Shown here piece after piece: positions 24,130 to 38,403 of a DNA stretch of 64,000 nucleotides. Under the pieces are notes generated by a model. It was not told where the DNA came from, searched no databases, and saw only the letters and a list, made by a program, of their open reading frames with translations. This stretch comes from Eledone cirrhosa (taxonomy: Eukaryota). Location: the NCBI GenBank assembly GCA_964016885.1, contig OZ024745.1, positions 116,994,001-117,058,000 of the forward strand, in the 5' to 3' direction. The first letter of the stretch is position 1; the number at the start of each line of letters is the position of its first letter. The position numbers and the translations under genes were made by a program.

Positions 24130-24271
24130 AACTGTATTGAAATTGTTTTATTTTTAACTATGTTGGCTTTTTCTCCAGTAGGAGGTTTTGTTTAGTTATT
24201 TCCTTTTTTTTTTTTGTGGATTCCTCCTCAAGATCATTCTGTGAAGTGGGTGAAACCATATACTGACTCAA
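24130..24271 (-). CDS. Candidate host exon with an apparent 1-nt frameshift
   Basis: Acceptor gctttttaccAG, donor GTaagc. Reads LSQYMVSPTSQNDLEEESTKKKKEITK and, in a shifted frame, PPTGEKANIVKNKTISIQ. 142 nt, one short of phase 0 to 2. Confidence 0.4.
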
Positions 24272-24438
24272 CTGGTAAAAAGCATTAATAGAGTTGTGTC
24301 GCCAATATGTTAGATGTGTTAAGATTTGATAAGTAAATGTAGTTTGTAGAATATGTGAATACATGTTTTATTGACAGTTATAATAAAGCATAACAATCAT
24401 AGTTTGATATTTTGTTACCATATAACAAATATATAAGA

Positions 24439-25336
24439 CTAGCAGAATGGCCCGGCATTGCTCGGGATTTGCTCTAGGGTTCTTATATATTTGATATATA
24501 TTTATACTTATCGATCCTCGTGAAATAAATACTTTTGTTTATATTTTGTTATTGTGTAGGCAAAAATATCTGTTCACGAATATATAATTATATATATATA
24601 TATTAAAATAACAGATTAAAGTTTAAGCAAAGAATCGCTGCTTTCACCCTTAACGGGATCTTCTGAAACTAAAAAAATCAATCTGTGAACGCAGAAAATG
24701 AATCGCTGCTTTCACCCTTAATGAGATCTTCTACCTAAAAGCAGTATGAAGTACACTAAGACTAACTGATGTAATCGTTGGCCTTGTTTATTTATATTTT
24801 GTTTTTGTGTATGCAAAAATATCTGTACACGAAAATCTATATTAAAATAACATATTAAAGTTTAAGCAAAGAATCGCTGCTTTCACCCTTAACGGGATCT
24901 TCTGAAACTAAAAAAGCAATCTGTGAACGCAGATGTAAATATTTCGAAAAATGTTGCAACCGATGGAAAACAGGAAGACGATACTTTGGTTCGTGAAGAC
25001 GTTCCCTGGCATAAGAATATATATATATACACACACACACTGATCGCGTCATAATCACATAATGCAGACAGTCAGGCATACAGGCAGATATTATAAAGGC
25101 GCGACGTTATATCTATGTATCTATCTAAAAAGAGAAAGACTAAGAATTATAGACAGAGATTGCCTAATGCAGTGCCTAGGGCATTGAAAATTAAATTTTT
25201 TTTTTGCTCAAAACACACATGGGACCATAAGTATTACATGTGTAAAGTTTGAAAAAACTTGGTTGGGTGGTTCTCGAGTTTTAGTGATTGGACAGACAGA
25301 CAGACAAACAGACATTCTCTGTTTTAGTAATATAGA
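24439..25336 (-). mobile_element. Non-autonomous Helitron, family A, with internal duplication
   Basis: Reverse-complement paralog of 11334-12061, with CTAG/hairpin end at 24439. Internal repeat 24600-24700 / 24840-24935. Confidence 0.85.
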
Positions 25337-25812
25337 TTATTATATCTGTATTGTCACATTTAAATAAATCTGCTAGAAATTCACCAGTAGAAGTCAAATT
25401 TTAGCTAGATTTCTATCTTTTAGCTAAATGTAATTTTTATTACCTAGACGCAATAAAATCAAGCCATATCTAGCTAAAAAATAACTAAATTGTCAACTCT
25501 ATTCCTGACCCTTTGTTTGGCAGGTTTTCTATGGTTGGATGCCCTTCCTATCACCAACCATTTTACATATTGTACAAAGTGGTCGTTTATTGTTTATCAT
25601 AATCTTTATAATAAATAAATGATATTAAAATATATTTAATTTTGCTGCTTGTTTTTTTCTTACTTTTTAGTCAGGGAAAGAAGGGCAGTTTCCATGACCC
25701 TTTTGAGGGCCTCCAAGATAGGATGAAAGAAGAGAGTGGTGTAGAGAGATATTCTCAAATTGGAGAACTGAGTCTTGCATTAGTTAACTCCACTAAAAGC
25801 ACCTAAAGTCCA

Positions 25813-28262
25813 GATCATCATCATCATCATCATCATTTTACGTCCACTCTTCCCTGCTTGCAAGGGTGGGATGGGTCTTATTCAGCACAGCATCTCTCCA
25901 CTCATCACGGTCCTTCGTCATCTCCACCGTGAGCTTCAACGATCTGAGGTCTGTTCTCACCACCTCCGCCCATGTTTTTCGTGGTCTACCTCTACCACGT
26001 CTTCCTTCAACTGGCATTTCCTGGCACTTCTTCACCCATCGGTCATCCTCCATGCGCATCACATGTCTATACCACCTCAGTCTCCTCTCCCATACACTAC
26101 ATTCTATCCCTCTCAGACACAGTTTCTCTCTCAACACATTCATGCTGGGTCATTCACGCACATTGACACTGCACATCCAACGGAGCATGCTTGCCTCATT
26201 TCTCTCCAGCCGTCGCATATCCTCTGCAGTTGCTGCCCATGTCTCACTACCATGCAGCATCATGCTCCTCACACAGGCATCATATAACCGGCCTTTCGTA
26301 CGCAGGGAGAAACCCTTCTTCGTCAGCAGAGGAAGCAGCTTCCTAAACTTCTTCCAACCCGTCCTTATTCTAGATACTATGGCCTCGGAATCCCCCCTCC
26401 CTCCCATGCTAATCTGATCTCCTAGGTACCGGAAGCTATCCACCACTTCTATAGTACCCTCCTGCATTTGAAAAATCTGTCTATCAATGCGACTTCTACT
26501 GTCTAATTTCCCTGTACATCTACTGCATACATATTTCTCCCTACTTGTTAGTTTGCCTGCTATCCCGCTACATCTCTTGTGTACCGAGGATCTTCATTTC
26601 GTGCATTTTATAGAATTTATGCCAGTTTCTTTTCTGCATATCGAACATGGCCATTTCCCTGACGGAGTTTTGTCCTCTTTTCTACTCATCAACACTTTTG
26701 TCTTAGCTAGATTCACTCTCAGTCCTCTTGCTTCCAACTGCTGTTTCCATAGCCAGAATTTATTCTCTAGCTCCTCTACTGATTCTGCTATAAGTACCAA
26801 ATCATCAGCATAGAGAAATTCCCATGGACAGCCAGTCTTAAACTCCTCTGTTATGGCTTGAAGGACTATAATGAACAAGAGCGGGCTGAGGACCGAACCT
26901 TGATGTACTCCTACTTGTATCTGGAATTCCTCACTAAACTCCATTCCTACCCTGACTTTACTGAGAGTACCTCTGTACAAAGTTTGCACTGTCCTCACAA
27001 GCCATTCCTCAACACCTAGTTTCCTTAGGGACCACCAGATGACAGATCGGGGTACCCTATCAAAGGCCTTCTCTAGGTCAACAATGGCTAAGTATAGTGG
27101 CTTATTTTTCTGTAAGAACCTCTCTTGTAATTGTCTCACCAAGAATAGGGCATCTGTTGTACTCTTCCCAGGCACAAAACCAAACTGCATCTCATCTAGT
27201 TTTACCCTTTCTCTAATTAGTTGTGCTAATATCCTTTCTGCCACTTTCATAACCTGATCCATCAGTTTTATACCCCTATAATTGCTCCTCTCCAGCTCTC
27301 CAGAGCATCCCCTTTACCTTTGTAGCAATTTATGAGAATACTGCTGCACCAGTTTTTGGGTATGACACCACCATGTATAGCCTGATTGATGATGCGTGCA
27401 ACCAGTTTAGTGCCTACGTCTCCTGGTGCCTTCAGCATCTCCACAACTATTCCTGATGGTCCAGCAGCCTTACCATTTTTCATTTCCTTAATTGCCTCTT
27501 GGACCCTATATTCGTAAATCTCAATAGCTGGTCCCTCTGTCGGATCTACTAAGGGTAATTTCTCTCTCTCCCATTCATTTTCCACATTCATCAGTCTCTC
27601 ATAATGACATTTCCAGGCCTCCTTTTTCTGATCATTCGTGACACTAAGTACAACGGCATCATTCCGGACACATTTATCTCCAGCAACATCCTGATTTGCA
27701 TTGACACACTGCCTTGCAATGTGGAACACCGCACGCCTCTGATCTTCCTGTCGCAGAACATTGGCAAACCTACTCTCAGCCTCCCTGCGTGCTAAGTACA
27801 CCTGACGTCTAGCTTCTCTCTTAGCAGCTGTATATTCTTCCTTACTCCCACCCTTTTTCTAAGCCTTCCATGCTAGTCTTTTGTCTCTAATGGCCTTATC
27901 TACTGTGCTGTTCCACCACCAGGTCACTCTCTGTCTGGTTGGAGCTCTGCTCCAGCCAAAAGTTTCATCAGCAGCCTGCAGTAAGTTGTCACGTAAGAAA
28001 TTCCAGTTATTATCTATGTCATATGTCTCTAAATCGTCTTCTTTTTCGTCATATACATCTTGAAGGGCTTTCCTAAATTTGTATTTTAGTGAAAAGTCTT
28101 TTAGCTTCCAGACCTTTCTTCTCCACACCTTCCTGTATGTCTCATTCCATCTCTTGCTTACTGAGATATCACTAACGACTAACCTATGCTGTGGGGTACA
28201 TTCTTCCCCAGGGTATGCCTTGGTATTAGACACTATCTGCCTGTCCCGCTGCCTAACTAGAG
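25813..28262 (-). mobile_element. RTE LINE, longest copy (end of EN, RT, C-terminus), pseudogenised
   Basis: ORFs 27859-28233, 27268-27801, 26594-27262 (DLEKAFDRV, QGSVLSP, YADD), 26150-26467 and 25838-26143, plus a (GAT)n tail. Confidence 0.95.
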
Positions 28263-29399
28263 ATGTTAAACCAGATGGAGATGTTAAACCAAGCAGTGAA
28301 TTAAGTCAACCACCCAAGTAGACTGAAGTGGAATTTTAACTCAGAAGGCAAAGAACTGGAACAAATACCACAAGGCAATTCATCTGATGCTCTAACAATT
28401 AGATGAATCCATTGCCCTGTGCTGATATTTTAAAAGATGAAAGGCACAGAGCACTGAAACTTTAAACAAATATGACTATACCAATTTGCCACCTTCAAAG
28501 AAGCCAAGTAATTAGAATCAATTTAATTATAGTCAGTGTTTAAAATATCCAAGCAAAATTAGTAAAATGCTCCTTTGGATATTTGGCAAAATATTAACTA
28601 TAGCAATTAATATAACACTTGTAAAGCATTTCATAGGGAAAATCCATAGTTACGTAGAAACTCTTGCAATAAAAACCAATCTCTACTGAGAAAGGAAATA
28701 AGATCATATGCAAAGTAACATGATCAAAAGAAGTATAAGCAAAACGTTTAAGATTGTTTCATTCACAGAACTTCCAATAAGTATTTATTTTAATACTTTC
28801 ATAACCATATTTCTAATGAAATACACTGCATATGTGTTCTAATTCATTTTTTTAATAATCAAATATTTAGATGAATTTACTGTTTTTAGTTCAAATCCTG
28901 CTGAGGCTAGTTTTACCTTACATTCCAATGGGGCTGATAAAATAAAGTACCAGTAATGCACTTTCCCCTCCTCCAAAATTATTAGTCTTGTGCCTTAATC
29001 AGAAACTATTATTAATATGATGTTTGTGACATTCTTTAACATAAAATTATAAGAGATTTTAATTTTAATATGAACACTTTGAAACAGGCAGTTTTGTATC
29101 TTAAAATCGGAGGTGATCTCAGGTAAATTAGTATTAAAAGGTTTGGAGATCTTTTTTTACGTTAGGTATTAAGCTTGAAATTTTTTGAGATAAGAAATTT
29201 AATGTTGAAACTTAAAGGCTTGTTTCAAAAGTATTCTGGGACTAAAGTGACATAAAGATATTTATTCAGTTTACTGAATAAACACCATTGTACCAAGTCA
29301 CTTGTCCTCGAGGAGATATCAACTACTACATGAAATAATCTCAACATGGAAATAGCTAAATATTAGCAACTACTATGCAGCATCAAATACTCTTTTTAC

Positions 29400-29538
29400 C
29401 TGTACATTCATATTATTTAATCTATAAGACATTGAGGATGTTTTTCTTGGTTTAGTTAAAGGTAGAAATGAAGATTTGAAGTAGCTCTGAGGCTGGTGGG
29501 TAGAAGGGACCCTATCAAAGTCACCTATTGCTGAGGTG
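29400..29538 (-). CDS. Candidate host exon (TSAIGDFDRVPSTHQPQSYFKSSFLPLTKPRKTSSMSYRLNNMNVQ)
   Basis: Open frame ending CAG|GTaaaa. Acceptor is ambiguous (gccgccAG or cctcAG). 139 nt, phase 2 to 0. Confidence 0.35.
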
Positions 29539-30479
29539 CTGGCGGCATTAAAATATGCAATAAATTAAGTCTACTATCCTAACAAGTTTCTGCACAGTTA
29601 CCATTGAGCCAATTTCACTCCCAAGGCTTGAGTTGACCTGAGGCTATGATAGAAAGCCCATTTCCACACAGTAAAATCAAACGTGAATCTACATGAACAT
29701 GATTACAAAGTGATGTTAAGCCCATGTCCATGACTAACACCTTTAGGGGACAATATACAAGAAACCATCAATCAAAACCTCAAATGTTCTAGGGGATCTA
29801 AAAAATTTTTAGTGTTTCTTTTTAGTGGAAACACAACACAAGAAACTTATTATAACAACGATTTCTTACATAGGTAAAAAGTTTAACAGAGGTAAAATGG
29901 TATTGTATAACATTTATGCCTTTCTCAAATTCACTATTGATATAAGTAAAATAATACAAAGGACTACAACTAGGAATACAAATGCAGTTGTCTAGTAGAT
30001 AATATTTTATCATGTTCTCCTCCACTTCCCCAACATTGTGAAATTATCTTAAAATATTGTATTTCTTAGAATTGAAATAGAAATAGAAGCTTCATTATAA
30101 TATTTTTGACTTTGATATAGTCAAATAATGGTGTGTATAAACCCTGCTGAACAGAAAAAGGTGCATACCAGCACCATCTTTTCCCACCCATTATTAGACT
30201 ATATTATAGTAAAAACTATTACAGCAAAGCTTCTATTTCTATTCTAAACTTCACTTTCAGCGTTCCAAACATATTTTCATTGTATTTTTTGTTTTGAAAA
30301 AAATTGAGTTATATAAGAAATAGTACAGATTACACTTTGAATTTCTAAATTTAAATCTGGTTCAACCCAAATTTATTAATTGTTATTCTGAAGTGCCGAG
30401 TAGTTTATATATTTCTAATAAGGGTTTCTCATTTAGGCACAATATCAATTTGATGCAGGGGGGCAGATAAGTAAGGTAA

Positions 30480-30805
30480 AGACCCCCTTCAGTCACAAAT
30501 GACCATGGGATTTGCTCCAAGAAAGTTCCCCTTTGAGGCACAAAGTTGTTTGTAGAAGACCAGCAGTCACCCATCCATACCAGTCTCCTCTCACCACACC
30601 ACTGATGTTGTCCAAGGGAAAGGCTATAGCTGATACAGCTTGGTACAAGTGATGTCGTAACTCATTTCTACATCTGAATAAACTGGAGCATTGTGAACTA
30701 AAGTGTCTTGCTCAAGGACACAACACATCACTTGGTCTAAGAATCAAACTCACAACTGCCCAATTGCAAGCCCAATGCTCTAACCACTAAGCCATGTGCC
30801 TTCAC
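30480..30805 (-). mobile_element. tRNA-derived SINE (family 2 head, different tail)
   Basis: Reverse complement of tggcttagtggttagag...gtccttgagcaagacacttt, followed by a distinct body. Confidence 0.75.
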
Positions 30806-32399
30806 AGGGGGAAGAAAGACGATTATATCAACACTAATACTTGAATAATAATGTATTTTATTGATCCCAGAAGAATGAATGGCAATGTTGGTTTCAGTGG
30901 GATTTCAATTCAGCAGAGAAGTATTTTGCTCAATGCACTAACGATTCTGCCAATCTAATGATCTCTAACATAAGCTCATGGACTCAAGTTTTGAGGAGGG
31001 GTAATGTTTATTAAATTGACCCCAAGAGTTGAATGATATTTATTTCACAAGGAATCTGGCCTACTTCTCTACCAATTCTGCTATTTGCCACCATTTACAC
31101 ATTTATTATAATGATTTAGCATAAATGTTGAAAATGTGAAGTATAGTCAATGCTAACTAGTAATTATGTTATCTATACCATAAAGATGAAAATTAATATC
31201 AATCGTAGAACGATATTAATTCAAGAAGCTATTTGGGATGTCAGTAACACTTTTAATTTGTTTATAATAAGAAATATATAACTACCAGAAGATTTTATAA
31301 GAATAACAATGTGAACATGGAGATAATATTATGACAAGTGTCACCTAGAGTTGTAAAACTTATCATCAGCTGATAAACAGGGATAAATAATGTCAGAAAT
31401 ACATGAAACAGAATGGTTGCTGTAGCGACCCTGCACTAGTGTGCATGTATGAGGCAGAATGGTTGTTGTAGTGACCATACACATGCATTTTACAAACATA
31501 TAGACCAGTTAGAGAAGAAAACTTTGATTGCTCATTTGTTTCATGTTGGATTGTTTCAGCTTCACATCTGAAAAGAGGGTAATATCTCTGAAATATCATG
31601 CTGAAATACACTGGGTAAAACATTACTTTGTTTTTGTTTCATTTGTCATCAGTTACCTTTCATATTTTTCTACCACATTGTACCGGCTTTAAAAAAAAAA
31701 TTAGCGCTCATTTACTAAAATGTACCTAATGTATTAATAGAATGAAACAAGAATTGCCTTGCTAACACCAAACAGGATTCCAATCTGGTATGAGAGACAT
31801 AATTAAAATGGATTATTGTTGTTATTTAGTTTGAAATTAGCACTTTTTATCGATGAAGATGAACAGCTTCGTGAAATAATTCTTTTTTTAGATGTGCATT
31901 TCACAGGAGAGAGCCATAATGGAGTACTCCTACCACACACAATACTTTAAATTGAAAGGTGACTCGACTGATTGACATGAAGTCACAAACACACTCCAAC
32001 TTTTAGTTCATAAATATGCTGTCCCCTCTACAATGACCTTTGCTCTTTAAAGCTCTCAGATCTTGTGCCACCTCCACTTAAGTATTCTCAACTTACTTGT
32101 CACTCCTCCTCTCATCACCCTCATTATATCCAACCATCTAGTTCCCACTAAACACAATCTCAGTCCTTTCTTTTGACAATATCAGCTTTCTTATTCTGAG
32201 CTGTACCTGTAGTTCAAAGGACTAGCCTTATCACACATTCTGTCACACTGAATCTCCCTGTCAATTCCAAGTAAGAATTCAACCAATCTTGCTATATGGA
32301 AGTGAAACATGGACGCTTTCATCCAAACAACAAAAGCACCTTGATGGCACTTACACTCACCTGCTTCAATGCATGCAGAACATAAGCTGGTGACATCTG

Positions 32400-32688
32400 A
32401 CTTTGAGAGAGATATATGCCAACCTCCCACACATATCTGTCGTACATGAAAGGAGAGTAAGATTTGCTGGCCACTGCCATCATGCCACCTATGAGGCTCT
32501 GTTCCCATTAGTGCTTTGGAAACCACAAGCAGTCATTAATTACAGGGGGTGCAAGCTCTCCTACCCCAATGTCATCTCCAGAGGTTCTGGTATTGAAATC
32601 CAGGACTTGGCAACGGCAATGAACGACAGACCCACGTGGAGATCAATTGTTGAGTCCATTTCGGCTGAAGCCGCAGGATGATGATGAC
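32400..32688 (+). mobile_element. RTE LINE 3' fragment
   Basis: RRVRFAGHC...AMNDRPTWRSIV, then a (gat) tail. Confidence 0.8.
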
Positions 32689-33593
32689 ATAAAAGGTATG
32701 CATGTCTGTGAAATGCTCAGCCACTTGCACGTTAAATTCATGAGCAGGCTGTTCTGTTGATCAGATCAACTGGAACACTTGTCATCATAATCGACGGAGT
32801 GCCTAAGAATAAGAATCAGCTCTCTAGAATTCCTTCCTTGCACATGTCTTATCTGTCGTTGTTGACTTTCAGCAGTTTAAGAATAACATTAACAGCAACA
32901 ATTTCGCTGTTCTTCAACAGCCTCATTCTCCATACCATACTACTAAAGTCATTCTAAAACAAATCAACCTAGTAAAGCACATCTCTTTTCAACCTATACT
33001 GATGGAAGATTTGATTTTAACATTGAAATATTCCTTAATTTTACAGAGCTCCCACTACCTTCTGTCTAAATATCCACCTCTTTATAGTACCTATTGACAG
33101 CTAGGTAATGAATGATTAAGTATTAATATTTATGGAGCTGGGCTACGCTGCTTATTTTTATTTCATTTTTATCTGTAAATTACATATTTATGAAGTTGTA
33201 TATTACTTTCAAAATATACAATCAAATGAAAATCAAGCAACTATGTATTATATTCATATGTTTTTGTTGTCATATTAAATGGATAACTGGATACACTCAT
33301 AGAAATAAAAAGGTTTGAAGAATTTGGAATCTAAAATTATAAAAACTAAAGTTAATGGTAAAAAAAGTAGATAGTGCTGAGGTTGAAGCTGAGCATTCTG
33401 TTTAATTTTTCATAAAAATATAAATGGCAGGAAGTGAAGTTGTATGATTGTTATTGTAATAGCCAACATAATACTTATTAATATAGTGGGATAAAAAGAT
33501 TTAAAAAAACTAAATGGCAAATAGTCATAAATATTGTATTGTTTGTAGCCATGATTGCTTTATAATACCGTACTATTAATTTCTTCTAACACA

Positions 33594-33778
33594 GGGCGGT
33601 GAATTGGCAGTATCGGTAGAGGGTTGGACGCCATGCTTTCTAGCATAGTTACGTCGCTTTACAGTCTGAGTTCAAATCCCGCCTAGGTTAACTTTGCCTT
33701 TCATCCTTACGGGGTCGATAAAATAAAGTATCAGTAATGTACTGAATAATTGCTGGCCTTGTGCCTAAAGTAGAAACA
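33594..33778 (+). mobile_element. SINE family 1, full length
   Basis: 19-bp TSD attaatttcttctaacaca (33575-33593 / 33779-33797). Confidence 0.92.
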
Positions 33779-34203
33779 ATTAATTTCTTCTAACACATTT
33801 CTGAAAATTTCTTTTCTTTTCTCATGGAAGTAATTATTGTATCACTCATCTCATCAAACCTAATTCATAGAGCAACCACATAGAGTCTCCTTTGGTTGAT
33901 GGAGTTAGATCTAAGACCACGGATTTAGAAGACAATGTCAGTGTTCCTGCACCCTCTACTAGTTGGGTCATAATCAATAACACCAACTGCTATCTATATC
34001 TATGAAGTCTTAAAAGATGCAGCTTAATTGATACATAATTACAATTTATCCTTGAATATACACCTGTGAAAAAGTTGTGCAAATCTTGGTATAAAAACGC
34101 TACAAACAGTGAAGGTCAAAGATTATATAAACTACTGTATAATTAAACTAATTAAACATCAAAGCACAATATCTTAATTTCTCAAAAAGGAAAATTAGCT
34201 TAC

Positions 34204-34300
34204 ATATCTATAGTATTATTTAGTGATAGTGTGTTATGTGGTATTATCTCCTGAAGAGACATCAGTGTGTCTGTATTTAGTACCCAATAGAAAAATATCC
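34204..34300 (-). CDS. Candidate host exon (reading frame uncertain)
   Basis: Acceptor cgattttctatAG, donor GTaagc. 97 nt; the only open frame is IFFYWVLNTDTLMSLQEIIPHNTLSLNNTID (phase 1 to 2). Confidence 0.3.
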
Positions 34301-35823
34301 CTATAGAAAATCGATATATTAATGGACAGATCAGACACATGAAAAATAAAATGTGGGCAGAAAGTCTCTTCACGTAGTAAAAAATCAATAACTGCTGTTA
34401 TTAAAGGCAGTATAATTTTGGCAACAATTCTTGAATCGATATACCTACTATAAAATATTTGTCTTTCAGAAATCAATATACATAGTTGGTGGGGTTCAAA
34501 TTTGTATACTACAAATATAAGATATGAATGTAAAATATATATTATATAACATTCTATAAATGTTAATATCCTTTTAGATGTCAATAATGTATCATGATTG
34601 AAATATATAATAAACAATCAGCTACTGCTATAAATCATTTTATAAATACATTCCTAAATAAATGGAGTTGTCAACTAAATGGAGAAGCCCTGTGGAGGAG
34701 GACATAACAATAGCCATTTTATCTCATCAATAAAACTGAAACTTTGTACCTAGACACTCCTCTAAAAACAGATCGATACTTATGCACTTCCTTCTGAAGA
34801 TAATACTGATTTTCTTTTCTTGGGAAGAAATGTATCAGTAATATGTGTGGGTCAATATGATTACCTATAATTATATCCTGCCCCCCCCCCCTCCATATCT
34901 ACAAGAAATCCTCCTCTTCCTCCCTCTTTATCATCATCATTGCTTTCAAATTCATTTTTCAATGTTGGCATGGGTCGGACACAAAAGTTTTTGAGACAAT
35001 TTTTTTACAGCCAGATGCACATCCTGATGCCAACCCATGCTTTGTTTGTTTTCTAATTCTGGTATATACCACTCGTCTTTAACAAATTTGTTAACTACAG
35101 GATTTATTATGTATGTTAAACATTAACAAATGTCACCGCTTGCTTGAAATAATGTCAATATGAAGCTGCACAAGTGCAAACGCATACATACATGTGTGTA
35201 TACAACAGGCTTCCTTGTGATTTCTGTGTACCTGATTCATTTACAAGGCATCGATCAACAAATCAAATAAACTGATAAGCACCAGCTACGTTTTTGTTTT
35301 TATTATTTAGTCAGTAGAGAAAGGGCAGTGCCCATAACCCTTTTTAAGGCCTCTAAATCTGGTAGGTACAAAGGAAAGAAACTATTCTCAGATCAGAGAT
35401 TTGGATTGAAAGCTTGTAACAAAATTATCTCTGCTGAAGGCACACAAGGGCAATGTAGTAATGTTAAACCATATGGTGCTTCAAATTTATCATCCAAGAA
35501 TAGGACTGGCCCCTCTAACAAGATTCTATGCAGTTTCTATCTACCTTTGGTCAACTAAGGACTAGAGTACAATAGTACTAGCTGAAGTTGTTATGCAGTA
35601 GGATCAAACACAAAATAATTTAGTTGTAAAGCAAACCTCTTTATCCAGCAGCCATACCTCCACCCATGCTTGTGTAAGTTAAAACTATAATTAACTAATT
35701 AAGTTTGTTCCTTTCCATTTCTTTATTTATCATCTTGATCAACTTTATTGTTTTATTTACATATTCTGCATAAATTACTTTTATATGTTATCTGTTTGTA
35801 ACTATCTTGTGAGTGTCTGTGTA

Positions 35824-35892
<69 letters not shown>

Positions 35893-36099
35893 GTTTTAAA
35901 AATGACCTACACTTATATCCTGACTCAGCTATATACTTCAGTTATAAATGTCTACATAGAATTATATTGATCTATTGAAACATATATCGAGGTCAACAAT
36001 AAGGAGAGACTATCTTAAATATTGTTTTTAGTTTTAAAGTTCATAATCAGTTATTACTTTGCCAGAACAGAAACATGAACTGTCAAGTGGTTTATGGAA

Positions 36100-36505
36100 A
36101 TACAGTACACACTGTAAAATGGTTATCTTGGTGACACAACAAAAAGTGCCCAGCCCACACTGCAAAGAGATTGTGTAGGCATCACGACAAAAAACGCCCA
36201 GCCCACACTGTAAAGTGATCATGTAGATGTCATGACAAAAAGTACCCAGCACACACTGTAAAAAAAAGTGCCCAGCCAACACTGTAAAGTGGTCATGTAG
36301 GTGTCATGACAAAAAGTACCCAGTACACACTGTAAAATGGTTGTCTTGGCACTAGGAAAGGTATCCAGCCATAGAAACCAAGCCAGAACCAGTTCTGTAT
36401 GAACAAGACACGGTCACCTGATCTGAATTGTCTCATAACAGGACAATTCACCTGACCCATGCTAGCATGGAAAAATGAACATTAAATAGTGATGATGATG
36501 ATGAT
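36100..36505 (+). mobile_element. RTE 3' UTR fragment with ~5-6 tandem ~47-bp units
   Basis: cacactgtaaagtggt units, then ggaaagggtatccagcc and a (gat)n tail. Confidence 0.8.
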
Positions 36506-36814
36506 ACAATGTAGCCACAGTTAAGCATCATAAACCAAGTACACAGTTAAGCATCATAAACCAAGTACACAGTTAAGCTTGAGAAATATGTTTATATACT
36601 ACCAGACGACATCTGTCTATACATTTGATCCATTTAATGGGACAGAGCAACAGAACCAGCAGGTGTGTAGTTGAACTATATATCAATCAGTTAACCACAT
36701 TACACTATTGAGTGTCTGCCATTCCTTCCTTTCATATATTATTATTCGTTTCTGATTTTCTTTTTTTTTTTTACTATGCCAGTTTATTTCATCACCTTTC
36801 ATTTGAGATGAAAT

Positions 36815-37130
36815 GTTATTGAAAATTGCTCGAGGTGAAATGGTGGGAGAAATGAACCAACGAATGGGTTTGGAAACAAATGGAGGAAAAACCTGTTACA
36901 GCAGAGAAATCCCTGCTAAAAATAGCACAAGATTGCAAGCTGAAGTATTTTGAACATGTAGTGAGACACACCAAGGATTTGAGACTGGTGAGCACTGTAA
37001 TACATGGATGTGTACTAGGCAGCAGAGGGAGAGGGCGTCCAAGGAGGGACTGGGTGAGCAACATCTACACATGGACTGACAGGATCCCTGAGAGGGGATC
37101 AGAACAACGGAGGATAGCACTGCTTGGAGG

Positions 37131-37176
<46 letters not shown>

Positions 37177-37920
37177 GTGTACATATATTTACATATATAT
37201 AAATGAAAGGCAGACTGTATGATGCATGCATACGAACAGCAATGTTACATGGTAGTGAGACCTGGGTGCTATGTGGAGAAGACTTATGTAGATTAGAAAG
37301 AAATGAAGCTTGCATGTTCCGATGGATGTGTAATATTAATATACACAAACAGTAAAGCATAAACGAATTAAAAAAGTGACTAAACATAAGAGGAATCAAA
37401 TGCTATGTGCAGCAGAGGAGATTGCGTTGGTATGGAGATGTGATGCGTATGAAGGATGACAGCTGCATAAAAAGGTGCAGAGCACTAAAAGTTGATGCAA
37501 GCCTTGGAGTGGGGAGACCCAAGAAGACCTGGAATGAGGTGATAAAAGCTGACCTTGCCCAATTGCACCTCTCAAAGGCAATGAATGACACATGACCGAG
37601 ACCTCTGGTGTTATGCAGTAATAAGGCAGACCCAACTTCACACAGGTACATGCCAAAGCTGAAGCATATAGACAGTATGTCCCCACGCCCCTCCCCCTGT
37701 AAAGTGGTTGTGTAGGTGTCAACAAAAAAGCCCTCAGTACTCAGTGTAAATGAGGTTGGTGTTAGGGAGGGCATCCAGCTGTAGAAATCAAGCCAAAATC
37801 AGTTCTGTATGAGCAAGACATAGTCACCTAACCTAGCATTGCCGACAACAGGACAACCCATCTAACTCTTGTTAGCGTGGAAGAATGGACGTAAAATGGT
37901 GATGATGATGATGATGATGA
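36815..37920 (+). mobile_element. Two adjacent RTE 3' fragments separated by (TA)n
   Basis: KLKYFEHV...RGRGRPRRDW in the first; RRLRWYGDVM...GRPKKTW plus 3' UTR in the second. Confidence 0.85.
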
Positions 37921-38186
37921 TATATATATGTGTGTGTGTGTATGTATATATATGCATGTGTGTGTATATATAGATATGTATATATATGTTTGTAAGTATA
38001 TATATATATTTTTTAATATATATGTGTGAGTGTGAGTTGGTGTTAGGAAGGGCATCCAGCTGTAGAAAACCTGCCAGAGACAGGTCTGTATGAGCGAGAC
38101 ACGGTCTCCCGATCAATCTCGCCTCAAGTGGGACAAAACCGTCCAACCCATGCTAGCGTCCAACCCGTGGACGTTAAGCGATAATG

Positions 38187-38248
<62 letters not shown>

Positions 38249-38403
38249 TGTCTTTACTTTTTCCTTTTTATCTTCTATAATATTTTTTATCTTTATTATA
38301 TTTTTATTTTTATACTTATGAGTTTTTATTTGAAAATTTTTTTTATAGTAATATATCTCTGTAGTTAGACAACATATAGTAATGTGCTAGAGGGGTTTGA
38401 TAC

